Positions 9,722-21,159 of a stretch of DNA of 64,000 nt are shown here, one piece after another (within the stretch, counting starts at the first letter, position 1; every line of letters starts with the position of its first letter). This stretch comes from an uncultured Gemmatimonadales bacterium (lineage in GTDB: Bacteria; Gemmatimonadota; Gemmatimonadetes; Longimicrobiales; Gaopeijiaceae). The position numbers and the translations under genes were made by a program. The notes below the pieces were generated by a model. It was not told the origin of the DNA. It worked only from the letters and a program-made list of their open reading frames with translations, and did not search any database. The DNA lies in the NCBI GenBank assembly GCA_963823035.1, contig CAWGKG010000020.1, forward strand, positions 320,001 through 384,000, in the 5' to 3' direction.

Positions 9722-9804
9722 GGCGTTTCCTGGTGGGTTGGGGAATCTGCACGATAGCGACGGGGGGCCGTCGCTGCACGGGGATCCGAGACCGCCGTCG
9801 GCCG

Positions 9805-11139
9805 TTACCTGTCTCGTGGGCCTGGCGCGCCGCAACAGCTCTTGAACTTCCTGCCGCTGCCGCAGGGGCACGGGTCGTTGCGCCGGGCTGCGCGCCATGG
9901 CCTCCTCGCGGTCCCGCGCCGCGATGGCCTGCATGACGTCGGCGGGCGGGCGGCCGCTCGCCAGGAGCGCCGCCATGGCCTGGAAGTGGGGCGCCGTGGT
10001 GGTGAAGAAGGCCTTGTAGCCGGCGCACAGGTAGTTGAGCCCGGGCTCTCCGTCGGGCGTCCAGGATGAAGCGGTGCTTGGGGCACTCACCGTTGCACAG
10101 GAAGCGCACCTCGCACTCCCGGCAGTACCGGGGGAGCGTGTCCTTCTTCGCCCGGCCGAAGGCGACCTGGGTGGCCTGGCCCGCGAGCTCCTCCAACGGG
10201 GTGTCCAGGATGTTGCCGAGCCTGTAGCCGGGGTAGACGTAATGGTCGCAGGAGAACAGGCCGCCGTCGTGCTCCAGGGCCAGGGCGTTGCCGCACGTCT
10301 CGGCGAAGACGCACAGGGGCGGCTCCATCCCCATCCACCCGGCCAGGGTGGCGTCGAAGAGCTGCACGAACACGCGGCCCACGTCGTTGCGCACCCACGT
10401 GTCGAACACGGCGAGCATGAAGTCTCCGAAGGCGCGGGGACCCACGCTCTCGGGGGTCACAGGTGGCGTTTCCTCCCCGGCCGCCGGTCCGGGAGGGGTG
10501 GCCAGGTCCAGGCCCAGGAGGCGCGCCTCGGCGTCGGGCTTCCGCTCGACCAGCGGGATGAACTGGAGGAAACGGGATCCGATCTCCTGGAGGAAACGGT
10601 AGACCTCCAGCGGGTGCCCGGCGTTGTCGGCGGCTCACCACGGTCAGCGTGTTGAACTCCGTGCCGTGCTTCTTCAAGCACTCCAGGCCGCGCATGACCT
10701 TCCGGAAGGAGGGATGGCCGCCCTTGTCCGGTCGGTTGGCGTCGTGGAACTCCTCGGGTCCGTCCACGCTCAGGCCGACGAGAAACCCATGGTCGGTGAG
10801 GAAGGCGCACCAGGCGTCGTCCAGGAGCGTGCCGTTGGTCTGGATCGCGTTGGAGACCCTGCGGCCGTCGGCGTACTTCCGTTGAAGGCGCACCACCTCC
10901 TGGAAGAACTCGACCCCGAGGAGGGTGGGCTCGCCCCCCTGCCAGGTGAACGTGACCTCCGGGGTCGGCTGGGATGCGATGTACTGACGGACATAGGCGT
11001 CGAGGACCGCCGGGGACATGCGGAACGCCTCGCCGGACGGGTACAGGCGCTCCTTCTCCAGGTAGTAGCAGTAGCTGCAGCCCAGGTTGCACAGGGGCCC
11101 TGTGGGCTTGGCCATGACGTGGAACGGGGACCGGCTCAT
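9805..11139 (-). CDS. Anaerobic sulfatase maturase (radical SAM/SPASM, anSME/AtsB type) with C-terminal SEC-C motif; several indels
   Basis: FHVMAKPTGPLCNLGCSYCYY; WQGGEPTLLG; SPASM CVFAETCG..SCDHYVY..CRECEVRFLCNGECPKHRF..NYLCAGYK; RNDPCPCGSGRKFKSCCG across ORFs 10087-11139, 9510-10460, 9041-10090 and 9805-10086. Confidence 0.9.
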
Positions 11140-11232
11140 CTCGTCGCCTTTTCCCTGGTCCGGTGGTACGTTGACGCAGGATGGTGAAGTGTGAACGGGG
11201 ATCCTCCCCCGACGACCCTACGACCTCCGACC

Positions 11233-12828
11233 ATGACCGCCTCAGGGATCACGCGCCGCAGGTTTCTCCAGGACCTCGGCGTGGGCGCGGCCTCCCTCGC
11301 CGTGTTGCCCGAACTCGCCTCCCCGCGGAAGCCGGCGGGCCCTCCCAATATCCTCTTCATCATGTCCGATGACCACGCCTACCAGGCCATGTCGTGCTAT
11401 GGAGGCAGGATCAACCGGACGCCCAACATCGATCGCCTGGCCCGGGACGGCGTGCGCTTCGACGCGGAGCTTCTGCACCAACTCGCTGTGCGGGCCCAGC
11501 CGGGCGGTTCTTCTCACCGGCAAGTACAGCCACCTCAACGGCGTGAGGGACAACGTCGACGTCTTCGACGGCACCCAGACAGACCTTTCCGAAGCTCCTG
11601 CAGCGCGCGGGCTACGCGACGGCGATCTTCGGCAAGTGGCACCTGAAGAGCGATCCCACGGGCTTCGACTACTGGAGCATCCTCCCCGGCCAGGGAGATT
11701 ACTACAACCCGGACTTCATCGAGATGGGGCGGACGACCCGGCGCGAGGGATACGTCACCGACCTCATCACCGACGACTGCCTGGACTGGATCCGTCGACG
11801 GGACCCGGCCACGGCCCTTCTGCGCCCTGCTCCACCACAAGGCGCCCCACCGGAACTGGATGCCGGACGGCGAAGCACCTCTCGATGTACGAAGGGGAGG
11901 ACATCCCGGTCCCGGACACGTTCGACGACGACTACGCCACCCGGAGCGAGGCGGCGCGGGACCAGATCATGCGCATCGCCGACCGCATCCAGCTGGGCTA
12001 CGACCTGAAGCTCGACCCCGAGACGACGGGCCCACTCCTCGGCGAGCTGCCGCTGGAGCCGCAGTGGAAGGCCATCTTCGGGCGGATGAACGAGGAGCAG
12101 AGGCGCGTCTGGAAGCAGGCGTACGCCGCCCGCAACGAGGAGTTCAGGACGTCCCACCTGGAGGGCGAGGCGCTGACCCGGTGGAAGTACCAGCAGTACA
12201 TCAAGGACTACCTCGCGCTGTATCGCCTCGGTGGACGACAACGTCGGGCGCGTGCTCGACTACCTGGACGAGAGCGGCCTGGCCGAGAACACCGTCGTGG
12301 TCTACACGTCGGACCAGGGCTCCTACCTGGGGGAGCACGGCTGGTTCGACAAGCGCTTCATGTACGAGGAGTCGCTGCGCATGCCCCTCATCGTCCGCTA
12401 CCCGGCGGACGATCACGGCCGCGGGTGGCCGACGAGATGGTCATGAACCTCGACTTCGCCCCGACGTTCCTGGACTACGCGGGCGTTCCCGCTCCCCGCG
12501 GAGATGCAGGGCGCGTCCATGCGGGCGCGTGCTCGCGGGGCGAGACGCCGGACGGCTGGCGCAGGTCGATCTACTACCACTACTACGAGTTCCCCGGCAG
12601 TCCCGAGCATCAAGCGCCACTACGGGATCCGTACCGAGCGCTACAAGCTCATCCACTTCTACTTCGACATCGACGCCTGGGAGCTGTACGACCTGGAGAG
12701 CGACCCCCACGAGCTGCAGAACGTCTACGACGACCCGCGCTACGGCGCCCTGGTGGTGGAGCTGAAGGCGGAGCTGGAGGCGCTGCGTAGGCGCTACGCG
12801 GGATACGGAGCCGGACGGGCCGTCGTGA
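11233..12828 (+). CDS. Tat-exported Cys-type formylglycine sulfatase (N-acetylglucosamine-6-sulfatase-like); multiple indels
   Basis: [13 protein letters not shown]at signal; [23 protein letters not shown] (CxPxR); [41 protein letters not shown]. Confidence 0.9.
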
Positions 12829-14420
12829 CCCTACCGAGCGCCGTGCACCGCCTTCGCGCAACGTGGTCGCGCTCGCCGCCACGCTGCTGGCCTGGGTCGC
12901 CCCCGGGCCCGCTGTTGCGCAGGGGTTCCAGGTGGTGGAGGCGACCGTTGCGGAGGCCCACGAGGCGATGCGCGCGGGGACGCTCACGTGCCGTGCGCTC
13001 GTGCAGGCGTACCTCGACCGGATCGCCGCGTACGACCAGGTCGGCCCGAGGCTCAACGCGGTGCAGACCGTCGACCCGCGCGCCCTGATCGAGGCCGACT
13101 CCCTCGACGCCGTCCTGCGCGCCCACGGGCCGCTGGGGCCGCTCCACTGCGTGCCGGTGCTGCTCAAGGACCAGGTCGAGACCCGGGGCATGCCGACGAC
13201 GTACGGGTCCGCGCTCTTCGAGGGCTTCATGTCCGAGCGCGACGCGACGATCGTCGTCCGGCTGAGGCGGGCGGGCGCGATCATCCTCGCCAAGACGAAC
13301 ATGGGCGAGTTCGCTTCCCGCTACGTGGGTTCGGCCTACGGGATCATCCGCAATCCCTACGACCCGAACAGGAATCCCGAGCGGCTCGTCCGGCGGCACG
13401 GCCGCCGGGATCGCGGCGAGCTTCGGCCTGGTGGGCATCGGCGAGGACACCAGCGGCTCCGTCCGCGGTCCGGCGGCCGTGACGAGCCTGGTGGGCCTCC
13501 GCCCCACGCTCTACCTGGTGAGCACCTGGGGGATGATGCCGGCCAATCCCACGCAGGACACGATGGGACCCATCACGAGGACGGTGACCGACGCGGCCGC
13601 CCTCCTCGACGCCATCGTCGGGTACGACCCGAACCAGCCCGCTACGGCTTCCTCGGTGGGCCACATCCCCGAGACGTACACGAGCGCGCTCGATGCAGGT
13701 AGCCTGCGCGGCGCGCGCATCGGGGTGCTACGCGAGCCCATGGATCCGGGGGCCGATCCGTCGTCCGACGACTATCGGAAGGTGCGGGCGGTCTTCGACC
13801 AGGCCATCCGTGACCTCCAGGACGCGGGCGCCGAGCTCGTGGACCCGCTGGTCGTTCCCGAGGTCCGGCTCGTGGACGGGATCGGCAACGACTTCGAGAC
13901 CGAAGAGGCGACGGACGCGTACCTCGCGCAGCTCGTGGACCCTCCGTACACGACGCTGGGTGACATCCTCCTCGCCGGCGTGGTGAACCCGTGGCGCGCC
14001 CGGGGGCTCATGGCCACCGTGGGACGGAGCACCGACGACCCGGGTTACCTCACGGTGATGCGGAAACGCGAGCAGATCCGGCAGGCGGTGCTCGCGGCGA
14101 TGGCGGAGCACCGGCTCGACGCCGTCGTCTACGCCACCTTCGATCATCAGCCGACGCTCATCGCCCCCGACGTGCTGTCCAACCCCCGTCCGGACGACGG
14201 CTACGGGTGGGGGGACAACCGCGGTCTCAGCCCCGCCATCGGCTTCCCGGCGCTCACGGTGCCCGCGGGGTTCACCTCCGACCGTTTGCCGGTGGGGCTC
14301 GAGTTCCTGGGTCGCCCCTTCAGCGAGGGGACGCTGCTGGGGTTCGGATACGCCTACGAGCAGGCCACGCGGCGTCGGCGGCCGCCGGAGGCGACACCCG
14401 CGCTACCCGGAGCGGGCTAG
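12825..14420 (+). CDS. Secreted amidase-signature family amidase; indels near 12860 and 13380
   Basis: PLHCVPVLLKD, GAIILAKTNMGE, (G)SSGGTAA, GEDTSGSVRGPA (Lys-Ser-Ser triad motifs), LPVGLEFLGRPFSE. Confidence 0.9.
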
Positions 14421-16706
14421 CCCAGCGCCCGCTTCACGAACGAGCGCACATGGCCCTCGTAGCGCTTCACCACCAGGACGTCCGCGGGTGAGTAGCGCGC
14501 CACCTTCTCCGGGATCTCACCGAACATGACCTGGCTGAGGAAGGGCTCGCGCGCGGCGCCGAGCACCACCAGGTCGTAGTCGCGGCTCTCCAGGGCGATG
14601 CCGCCGGCGACGGACTTCGCTTCGATCAGCTTCCTCTCCACCGGCACGTGGACGCCGAGGGCCTCCAGCGTCTTCCCGATCCACCGGTCGGCCTCTCTCC
14701 GCGCTTCGTCCGTGGCGTCGGGGGGCACGACGTAACACGCCGTCACGGACATGCCGAAGGCGGGCGCGAGCGTGTTGAGCATCTCGGCCGCCAGGCGGGC
14801 GTGGGGGCCGCCCGCCGTCGGGAAGAGGCACCGTTTCGGTCGCGTCGCCCGCGCGATCTTGAGCAGCGCCAGGTCGCAGGGAGCGTGTCGGATGACCTGG
14901 TCGGCGACCTCGCCGAAGATCTTGTCGCGCGTGTCCGTGTAGCCCTTCCACCCCATGACCATGAAGTCGGCGCCGTAGCGGCGCGCTCCCGCGAGAATCC
15001 CGTCGGAGGCGTGGTGCGCGACCACCAGGTCGGTCTGCAGGTCGATGCGGCGCTTCGCGGCGTACTCCCTCGCGGTCTTGAGCAGCGCCTCGCGATGGTG
15101 GGAGAAGCGGAGTCCCTCGTGGATCGGCAGCTGCCTGGGCACCTCGACCACGGAGAACGCCACGAGCTTCTTGTCCCGGCCTCTGGCGATGGCGCCGCGT
15201 ATTCGAGGAGGATGCCCGCAGTGTCCGGGTTGTGCAGGGTCACCACGACCGTGTCCAGAACCGGCAGCGCCCCGCGCACCGGTGCCTCGAGGACCTGGGG
15301 CAGCTCGGCGGCGGCCTGTTTCTCGAAGTAGCCGTAGTAGAGCAGGAGTCCGACGATGATCCACCCGATGGTGACGTACCAGGCGAGCGGCTGGAAGGTG
15401 AACTGATAGAGCGCCAGGAAGACGTTCAGGACGATGCCGAGGATCGGCACGAAGGGATAGAACGGGACGTGGTAGCGGCGAGGAAGCTCGGGCGCTTTCC
15501 GGCGCAGCACGATGACCGAGAGGTTCACCATGGCGAAGGTGATCAGGAAGATCAGGCTCGCCGCGGATCCCACGGCCTCGATGGGGAGCGTGACCGCCAT
15601 CGCCAGCAGGATGCCGCCCGTCGCGAGGATCGCGACGTGCGGGGTGCGCCGCTCCGGGTGGATGGTGGCCACCGACCTCGGGAGCCAGCGGTCGCGTCCC
15701 ATGGAGAAGGCCACGCGTGACGACGCCATGATGGTCGCGTTCAGCGCGGACATCGTCGACAGGAGGCCGCCGAACACGATGATGGCGACGCCGAACGCGG
15801 GCATGAAGCCCTCCGCGGCCCTCACGATCGCGGTCTCGCCGTAGTCTCCCGAGAAAGCGCCAGGAAGGCTCGCCTCCCGGTGGGATGCACGGCCGCCAGG
15901 GAGACGAACAGGATCGACAGGTACATCGTGAGGGTGATGCCGAGCGCGATGAACGTCGCCCGGGGGATGGTCTTCTCGGGCTCCTTGATCTCCTCGGCGA
16001 CCGTCGCGATGAGGTCGTATCCCTCGAACGCGATGAACGTCAGCCCCATGGCGACGATCACGCCGCCCACTCCTTTGGGGAAGAACGGGTTGAACGCGTC
16101 TCCGACGGGCACCGGGTCGGTGCCCACCGCCTTGATGCCGTAGGCGATGAAGATCGCCAGCACGCCGAGCTTGGCGACGGTGAGCACGTTCTCCGCCTTC
16201 CCCGTGACCTCGGCTCCGCGGACGTTCAGGCGGATGAACAGGCCGCCGACCACGAGCGTCACGAGCAGGCTCGCGCCGTGCGCGCCGACGAGGCCGAACA
16301 CCCCCTCCGCGACGCCCGGCAGGTACTTCAGGAAGAACTCCCAGAAGTAGCCCGCGAACCCGAGCGCGTACAGGCTGCACGCCACCGTGTACGCGAACCA
16401 GAGCATCCAGCCGGCCGTGAAGCCGACCGCGCCCGGGAAGGCCTTGCGTACGAACGCGTAGCCTCCGCCGGCCTCCGGAATCGCGGCCGCGAGCTCGGCG
16501 TACGCGAACGCCGTGAGGAGCGTCACCGCGCCGTTCAGCGCGAAGGCGAGGATGGATGCGGGTCCGGATTCCCCGGCGGCGATGCCGGTGAGCACGAAGA
16601 TGCCGGCGCCGATCATGGCGCCGACACCGATCATCGTGGCGTCGAAGAGCCCGAGATCGCGGGCGAACGTGGGTTCGCCCTGAGGGGAATCGGTTGAGGA
16701 ACTCAC
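14417..16706 (-). CDS. APC-family amino acid permease fused to two USP domains; indels near 15870 and 15200
   Basis: MIGVGAMIGAGIFVLTG, YAELAAAIPEAGGGY, FIAFEGYDLIATVAEE, SSRVAFSMGRD; USP motifs ADFMVMGW..FGEVADQVIRHAPCD and LVVLGA..FGEIPEKVA. Confidence 0.88.
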
Positions 16707-16847
16707 GGCCGTGAGGATGGAGGGAGGGGGAGGGCGGGGCAACCGGCGCCGTGGCAGAATGCGACTCCGTTCGCTAGTCTCCAGGTCGGGTGGAGGATAC
16801 CTGGCCTCGTCCTTCTTCGTGTCCCTGTTCGGCGGAGACCGACGACG

Positions 16848-18053
16848 ATGGCTCAGCGCTGGTGGCGGGGGCTTTCCCTCCTGGGGGCCTCGGTTTTCGT
16901 CGTGTCCTGTTCACCCTCCGGTTCCTCTCCAGACGTGGACACCCTGTCCGCCACGGAGCTCGGCGGCCCCCTTCCCGGGCTCGACGCCCCGGAGCTGGCG
17001 CGCTTCGAGGCCGGCAAGGCCGTGTTCAGTCGGGTCTTCCTGCAGGAAGACGGGCTCGGTCCGGTCTACAACGAGAATTCGTGCAACGCATGCCACAGCT
17101 CTCCCGGGACGGGGGGCTCCGGGGGCGAGGAGTATGATATCCACGCCGCCTTCCAGGCCGACGACGGCAGCTGCGACCTGCTGGATGCCCACGGTGGAGG
17201 CAACGTGCGGACGCAGGTCACCCCGTGGGCGCGGGCGGCGGGGGTCGTTCCCGAGCGTACGCCCTCCGAGGCGAACCAACGAGGGCTCTTCACGGCGCCT
17301 CCGCTGTGGGGACGGGGGCTGGTGGAGGCCGTGTCGGACGAGACCCTCCTGTCCACGGAGGATCCCGACGACCTGAATGGGGACGGGATCTCGGGCAGGG
17401 TGGGCCGGGACGCGTCGGGGCGGATCGGCCGCTTCCGCCGGAAAGCGGACGTGGCGGACCTGGCCGACATCGCGGAGGGAGGGGTGCTGGTGGAGATGGG
17501 CCTGACCACCCCCGACCACCCCACCGAGCTGGTCTTCAGCGTGGAGGCGGTCCCCGAGGGCGCCGACCCCGTCGCCGACCCCGAGATCGACCAGGCCGCC
17601 ATCGACGCCATCGCCGATTTCATCCGCTTCCTGGCGCCGCCCGCCCGGAACATGCCGGCGACCGACGCGGAGAAGACCCAGGTAGCCGAGGGAGAACGCC
17701 GCTTCCACGAGGTGGGGTGCGCCACCTGCCACGTTCCGACCCTGCCGACGGGACCCAGCGCGGTGAAGGCTCTCGACCGGAAGCAGGCGCCCCTCTACTC
17801 GGACCTGCTCCTCCACGACATGGGGGGGCAGGGCGCGAACCTGTGCTCGCCCGCGGCGTCGCCGACCGAGTTCCGGACCGAGATCCTCCTCGGGGTGGCA
17901 CTGCGTGCCCGATACATGCACGACGGAACCGCGCCCACGGTGTGGGAGGCCATCGCCATGCACGGAGGGGAGGGCGCCATCAGCCGGGACGCCTTCGACG
18001 CTCTCCCCGAGCTGATGCGGCACGCGGTGGTGGCGTTCGTGCTCACGTTGTGA
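16848..18053 (+). CDS. Di-heme oxidoreductase (DHOR / thiol oxidoreductase-like) lipoprotein
   Basis: Lipobox-like VVSC; DGLGPVYNENSCNACH; PPLWGRGLVEAV; GCATCH; YSDLLLHDMG; YMHDG. Confidence 0.88.
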   Translation: MAQRWWRGLSLLGASVFVVSCSPSGSSPDVDTLSATELGGPLPGLDAPELARFEAGKAVFSRVFLQEDGLGPVYNENSCNACHSSPGTGGSGGEEYDIHAAFQADDGSCDLLDAHGGGNVRTQVTPWARAAGVVPERTPSEANQRGLFTAPPLWGRGLVEAVSDETLLSTEDPDDLNGDGISGRVGRDASGRIGRFRRKADVADLADIAEGGVLVEMGLTTPDHPTELVFSVEAVPEGADPVADPEIDQAAIDAIADFIRFLAPPARNMPATDAEKTQVAEGERRFHEVGCATCHVPTLPTGPSAVKALDRKQAPLYSDLLLHDMGGQGANLCSPAASPTEFRTEILLGVALRARYMHDGTAPTVWEAIAMHGGEGAISRDAFDALPELMRHAVVAFVLTL

Positions 18054-18092
18054 GGAGTGGCGCGCGGGGCCCCTGGCCCACGCCTCGCACCA

Positions 18093-18510
18093 TCAAGGAC
18101 GGGAGGTGGCGCCCCCCTTCCCGATCCTCTCTTCCAGAAGCTCGTACGCGATCGGCATGAAGTCCCGCTCGCTGATGATGCCCACCCGCTTCCCCTTCTT
18201 GACGACGGGCAAGCACGACACCCCGTGACCCCACGAGACGATGTCCGTCGTCTTCCACCAGGACCTGCCTGATGTTGTTCCGGTCCATGAGGAACGCCAC
18301 CATGTTCACGAGCTCGTCCTCGTGGACGGTGAACAACGAGGTGGTCATGTACTGCTCGACCCGCAGGAAGTTGAGCCGCCATCCCCCGGCCTCGTGGATA
18401 TCCGCCAGAGTCCACGTATGGGCAGGGGCACCGTCCTTCTGGCGGCGAACCAACGCCGCCGTCACGGCCGCCAGACGCTCCGCCAGGGACCCCGTGTCCT
18501 TTACGTCCAA
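18093..18510 (-). pseudogene. Remnant C-terminus of a CBS-pair protein (5'-truncated, internal deletion)
   Basis: RVEQYMTTSLFTVHEDELVNMVAFLMDRNNIRQVLVEDDGHRLVG joins abruptly (about 18228, frame change) to HGVSCLPVVKKGKRVGIISERDF; no convincing start or N-terminal domain. Confidence 0.65.
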
Positions 18511-18544
18511 GGCCCCCCGCCGCGCGGTGGCTACTCCGGTCCGC

Positions 18545-20984
18545 CTACTGCGGCCTCATGGCCGAGACCGGATCGGCCCGGGTGGCGGAGCGGGCCGGCA
18601 CGAAGCACGCCAGCAGCCCCACCACGCCCAGCGTTCCCAGGATGAACAGGTAGAGGAACGGGTCGGAGAGGCTCACGCCGTAGGTGACGAAGCTCAACGG
18701 CTTGGCGAGGCCGTAGCCGAGGAGCAACCCCAGCGCCATGCCGATCCCCAGTTGCACGGTTCCCTCGTTGAGGACCATGCGCAGGATCCGGGTCGGCGCG
18801 GCGCCCAGAGCCATGCGGACCCCCATCTCCTGGCGCCGCTGCGCCACCGAGAACGCCATGACACCGTACAGTCCCACCGAGGCCATGAAGAGCGCGGCGA
18901 GGCCGAAGATGGTGAACAGGGACCCGAAGAGGCCGAAGGCCCACGTGGCTCTCTGGATGGCGGCCGGCATCGCCTGCAGGTCCGACACGGGGAGGTTCGG
19001 GTCCAACTCGGTGACGATGGCGCGCACTCGCGGCGCCAGCGCCTCCGGCGCGCCGGAGGTGCGCAAGGCCACCGCCACGGACGACACCCCGACGGACGCC
19101 GGCGTCACGTAGAGGTACTGCGCCGGGCGTCGATCGTCGCCGAGCCCGCCCACCCCACCCCCGACGTGCACGTCCGGCACCACGCCCACGATGCGCATCC
19201 ACGGATCCGAGCTCTCGGTCCGGCCGAGCTGAACGCGCGCCCCGATGGGGTCGCGGTCTCCCAGGATGCGGCGGGCGAAGCTCTCGTTCACGATGGCCAC
19301 GGGTTCGGCCGACTCCCACACCTCGCCCGCATCGAAGTCCCGACCCCGTCAGCAGGGCCATGCCCATGGTCTGGAAGAAGCCACGGGTGACGACGCTCCC
19401 GTTGGTGAGCGGGATGTCCCGATCCGTGGCGTAGGTCTCCCCATCCGCCCTCACCCACCATTGGGACCCGCCCAACGCGGGCAGCGAGGTGGCCAGCGTC
19501 ACGCTGGCCACGCCGGGCTCGGCTTCCAGCCGGTTCTGGAGCGCTTCGAAGAAGGCGCGTCGATCCTGTGCCGTCGGGTAGTCCGCCTGTTGGAGCGCCA
19601 CGTACCCGGTGAGGACGTGCTCGGGCTCGAAGCCCATCTCCGTGTGCTTCAGGTTCACGATGCTCCGGATCATGAGGCCGGCCGCGATGAGCAGGCCGCA
19701 GGAAACGGCGATCTCGCTCACCACCAGCGCCGAGGTCAGACGTCCCAGGCGCCGGGACGACGAGCCCCGGGCCTCGTCCCGCAGGGCATCGCCGACGCCC
19801 AGGCCCGAGGCCCGCAGCGCCGGCACGGTACCGGCGGCCAGGGCAGCCACGCAGGTCACCCCCAGCGCGAAGAGGAGCGCCGGCAAGTCCATGCGGTTGT
19901 CGATCCAGTAGGGCTTCTGGATGTCCAGGATGGCCGCGTTGAAGGCATCGAGGCCCACGTACGCCAGCACCACGCCCAGGACGCCGCCGACGGCCGCGAG
20001 GACCAGCGCTTCCGCCATGAGCTGTCGGATGATCCGGGACCGGCCGGCCCCCAACGCCGTGCGGATGGCCACCTCGCGACCTCGGGCGGACGCACGGGCC
20101 AGGAGGAGGTTGGCGACGTTCGCACACGCGATGAGCAGGACGCCGAAGGTGGCGGCCAGCATCAGGAACATCACCGCCGTGATCTGGGGCGGCATGTACC
20201 GCTCCGCGAACGGAGCGGCCCAGAGGCGCACGCCCTGGTTGTCTTCGGGGAAGATGGCCTCGATGTCCCGCGAGACCTGGTCCAGGGACGCGTCCACCGC
20301 TTCTTCCGAGATCCCCTCGAGCCGACGTCCGAACACCTCGACGTGTGCGCTCCGACGTGCCGTCGTCGCGGGATCGAAGTGGTAGGGCATCCACGCCGCT
20401 TGATCGAAGGGGAAACGAAAGCCCTCGGGCATCACACCGACCACTTCCGCGGTCTCGCCGTCGACGCGGATCGTGCGTCCCACCACCCCGGGATCGCCGT
20501 CGAATCGGTTCTGCCAGAGGGAGTACGACAGCACGATGCGGGGTGGCGCGTCGGGTGCGTCCTCGCCGGGTCGGAACACCCGGCCCAGGAGCGGGGGCAC
20601 GCCCACCACGGTGAGTGCGTTGGCCGATACCGCGGCTGCCTGCACGCGCTCCGGGGGCGCTTCGTCGCCCGCGAGGTTGAGGGACGTCCAGTTGTAGGCG
20701 GCCAGCTCCTCGAAGACCGTCTGGCGCTCCTTCAGGTCCAGATAGTCGTGGAGCGGGGTGCTGTTCTGCTCGATGCCCAGGCGATCGATCCGTTCGTCGA
20801 CGAACATGAGCCGGTCCGCGTGGGGCACGGGCAGCCCCCTGAGCACGGTCCCGTCCAGCGAGCTGTAGGTGTGGGTCGTCAACCCCACACCCAGGGCGAT
20901 GGTGAGGATCGCGATCAGAGACAGCCCCGGCGTCTTGAGCAGCATGCGGAAGCCGAAGCGCAGATCGGCCATCCATGTTGCCAT
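18545..20984 (-). CDS. Duplicated MacB/FtsX-type ABC permease (ADOP-like); indel near 19340
   Basis: DLRFGFRMLLKTPGLS..TIALGVG; LLIACANVANLLLARA..REVAIRTALGA; VGLYGVMAFSVAQRRQEMGVRMALGA; PARSATRADP. Confidence 0.92.
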
Positions 20985-21159
20985 CGGGTCTTCTCCCCTG
21001 TCCGCCCCACGGACTGGCTCGAGATCTTACTCGGCGGACTACGCGGACTACGTAGAAAGAGACGAATGGGGCGGGGTGGCGGTTTCAGGCGGGGCCCTGG
21101 GCGCCAGGCGTGGCGCCTCGCCGTTGTCGCCCCCTCCCGCAGCGCCCTATCCTCCCCGC

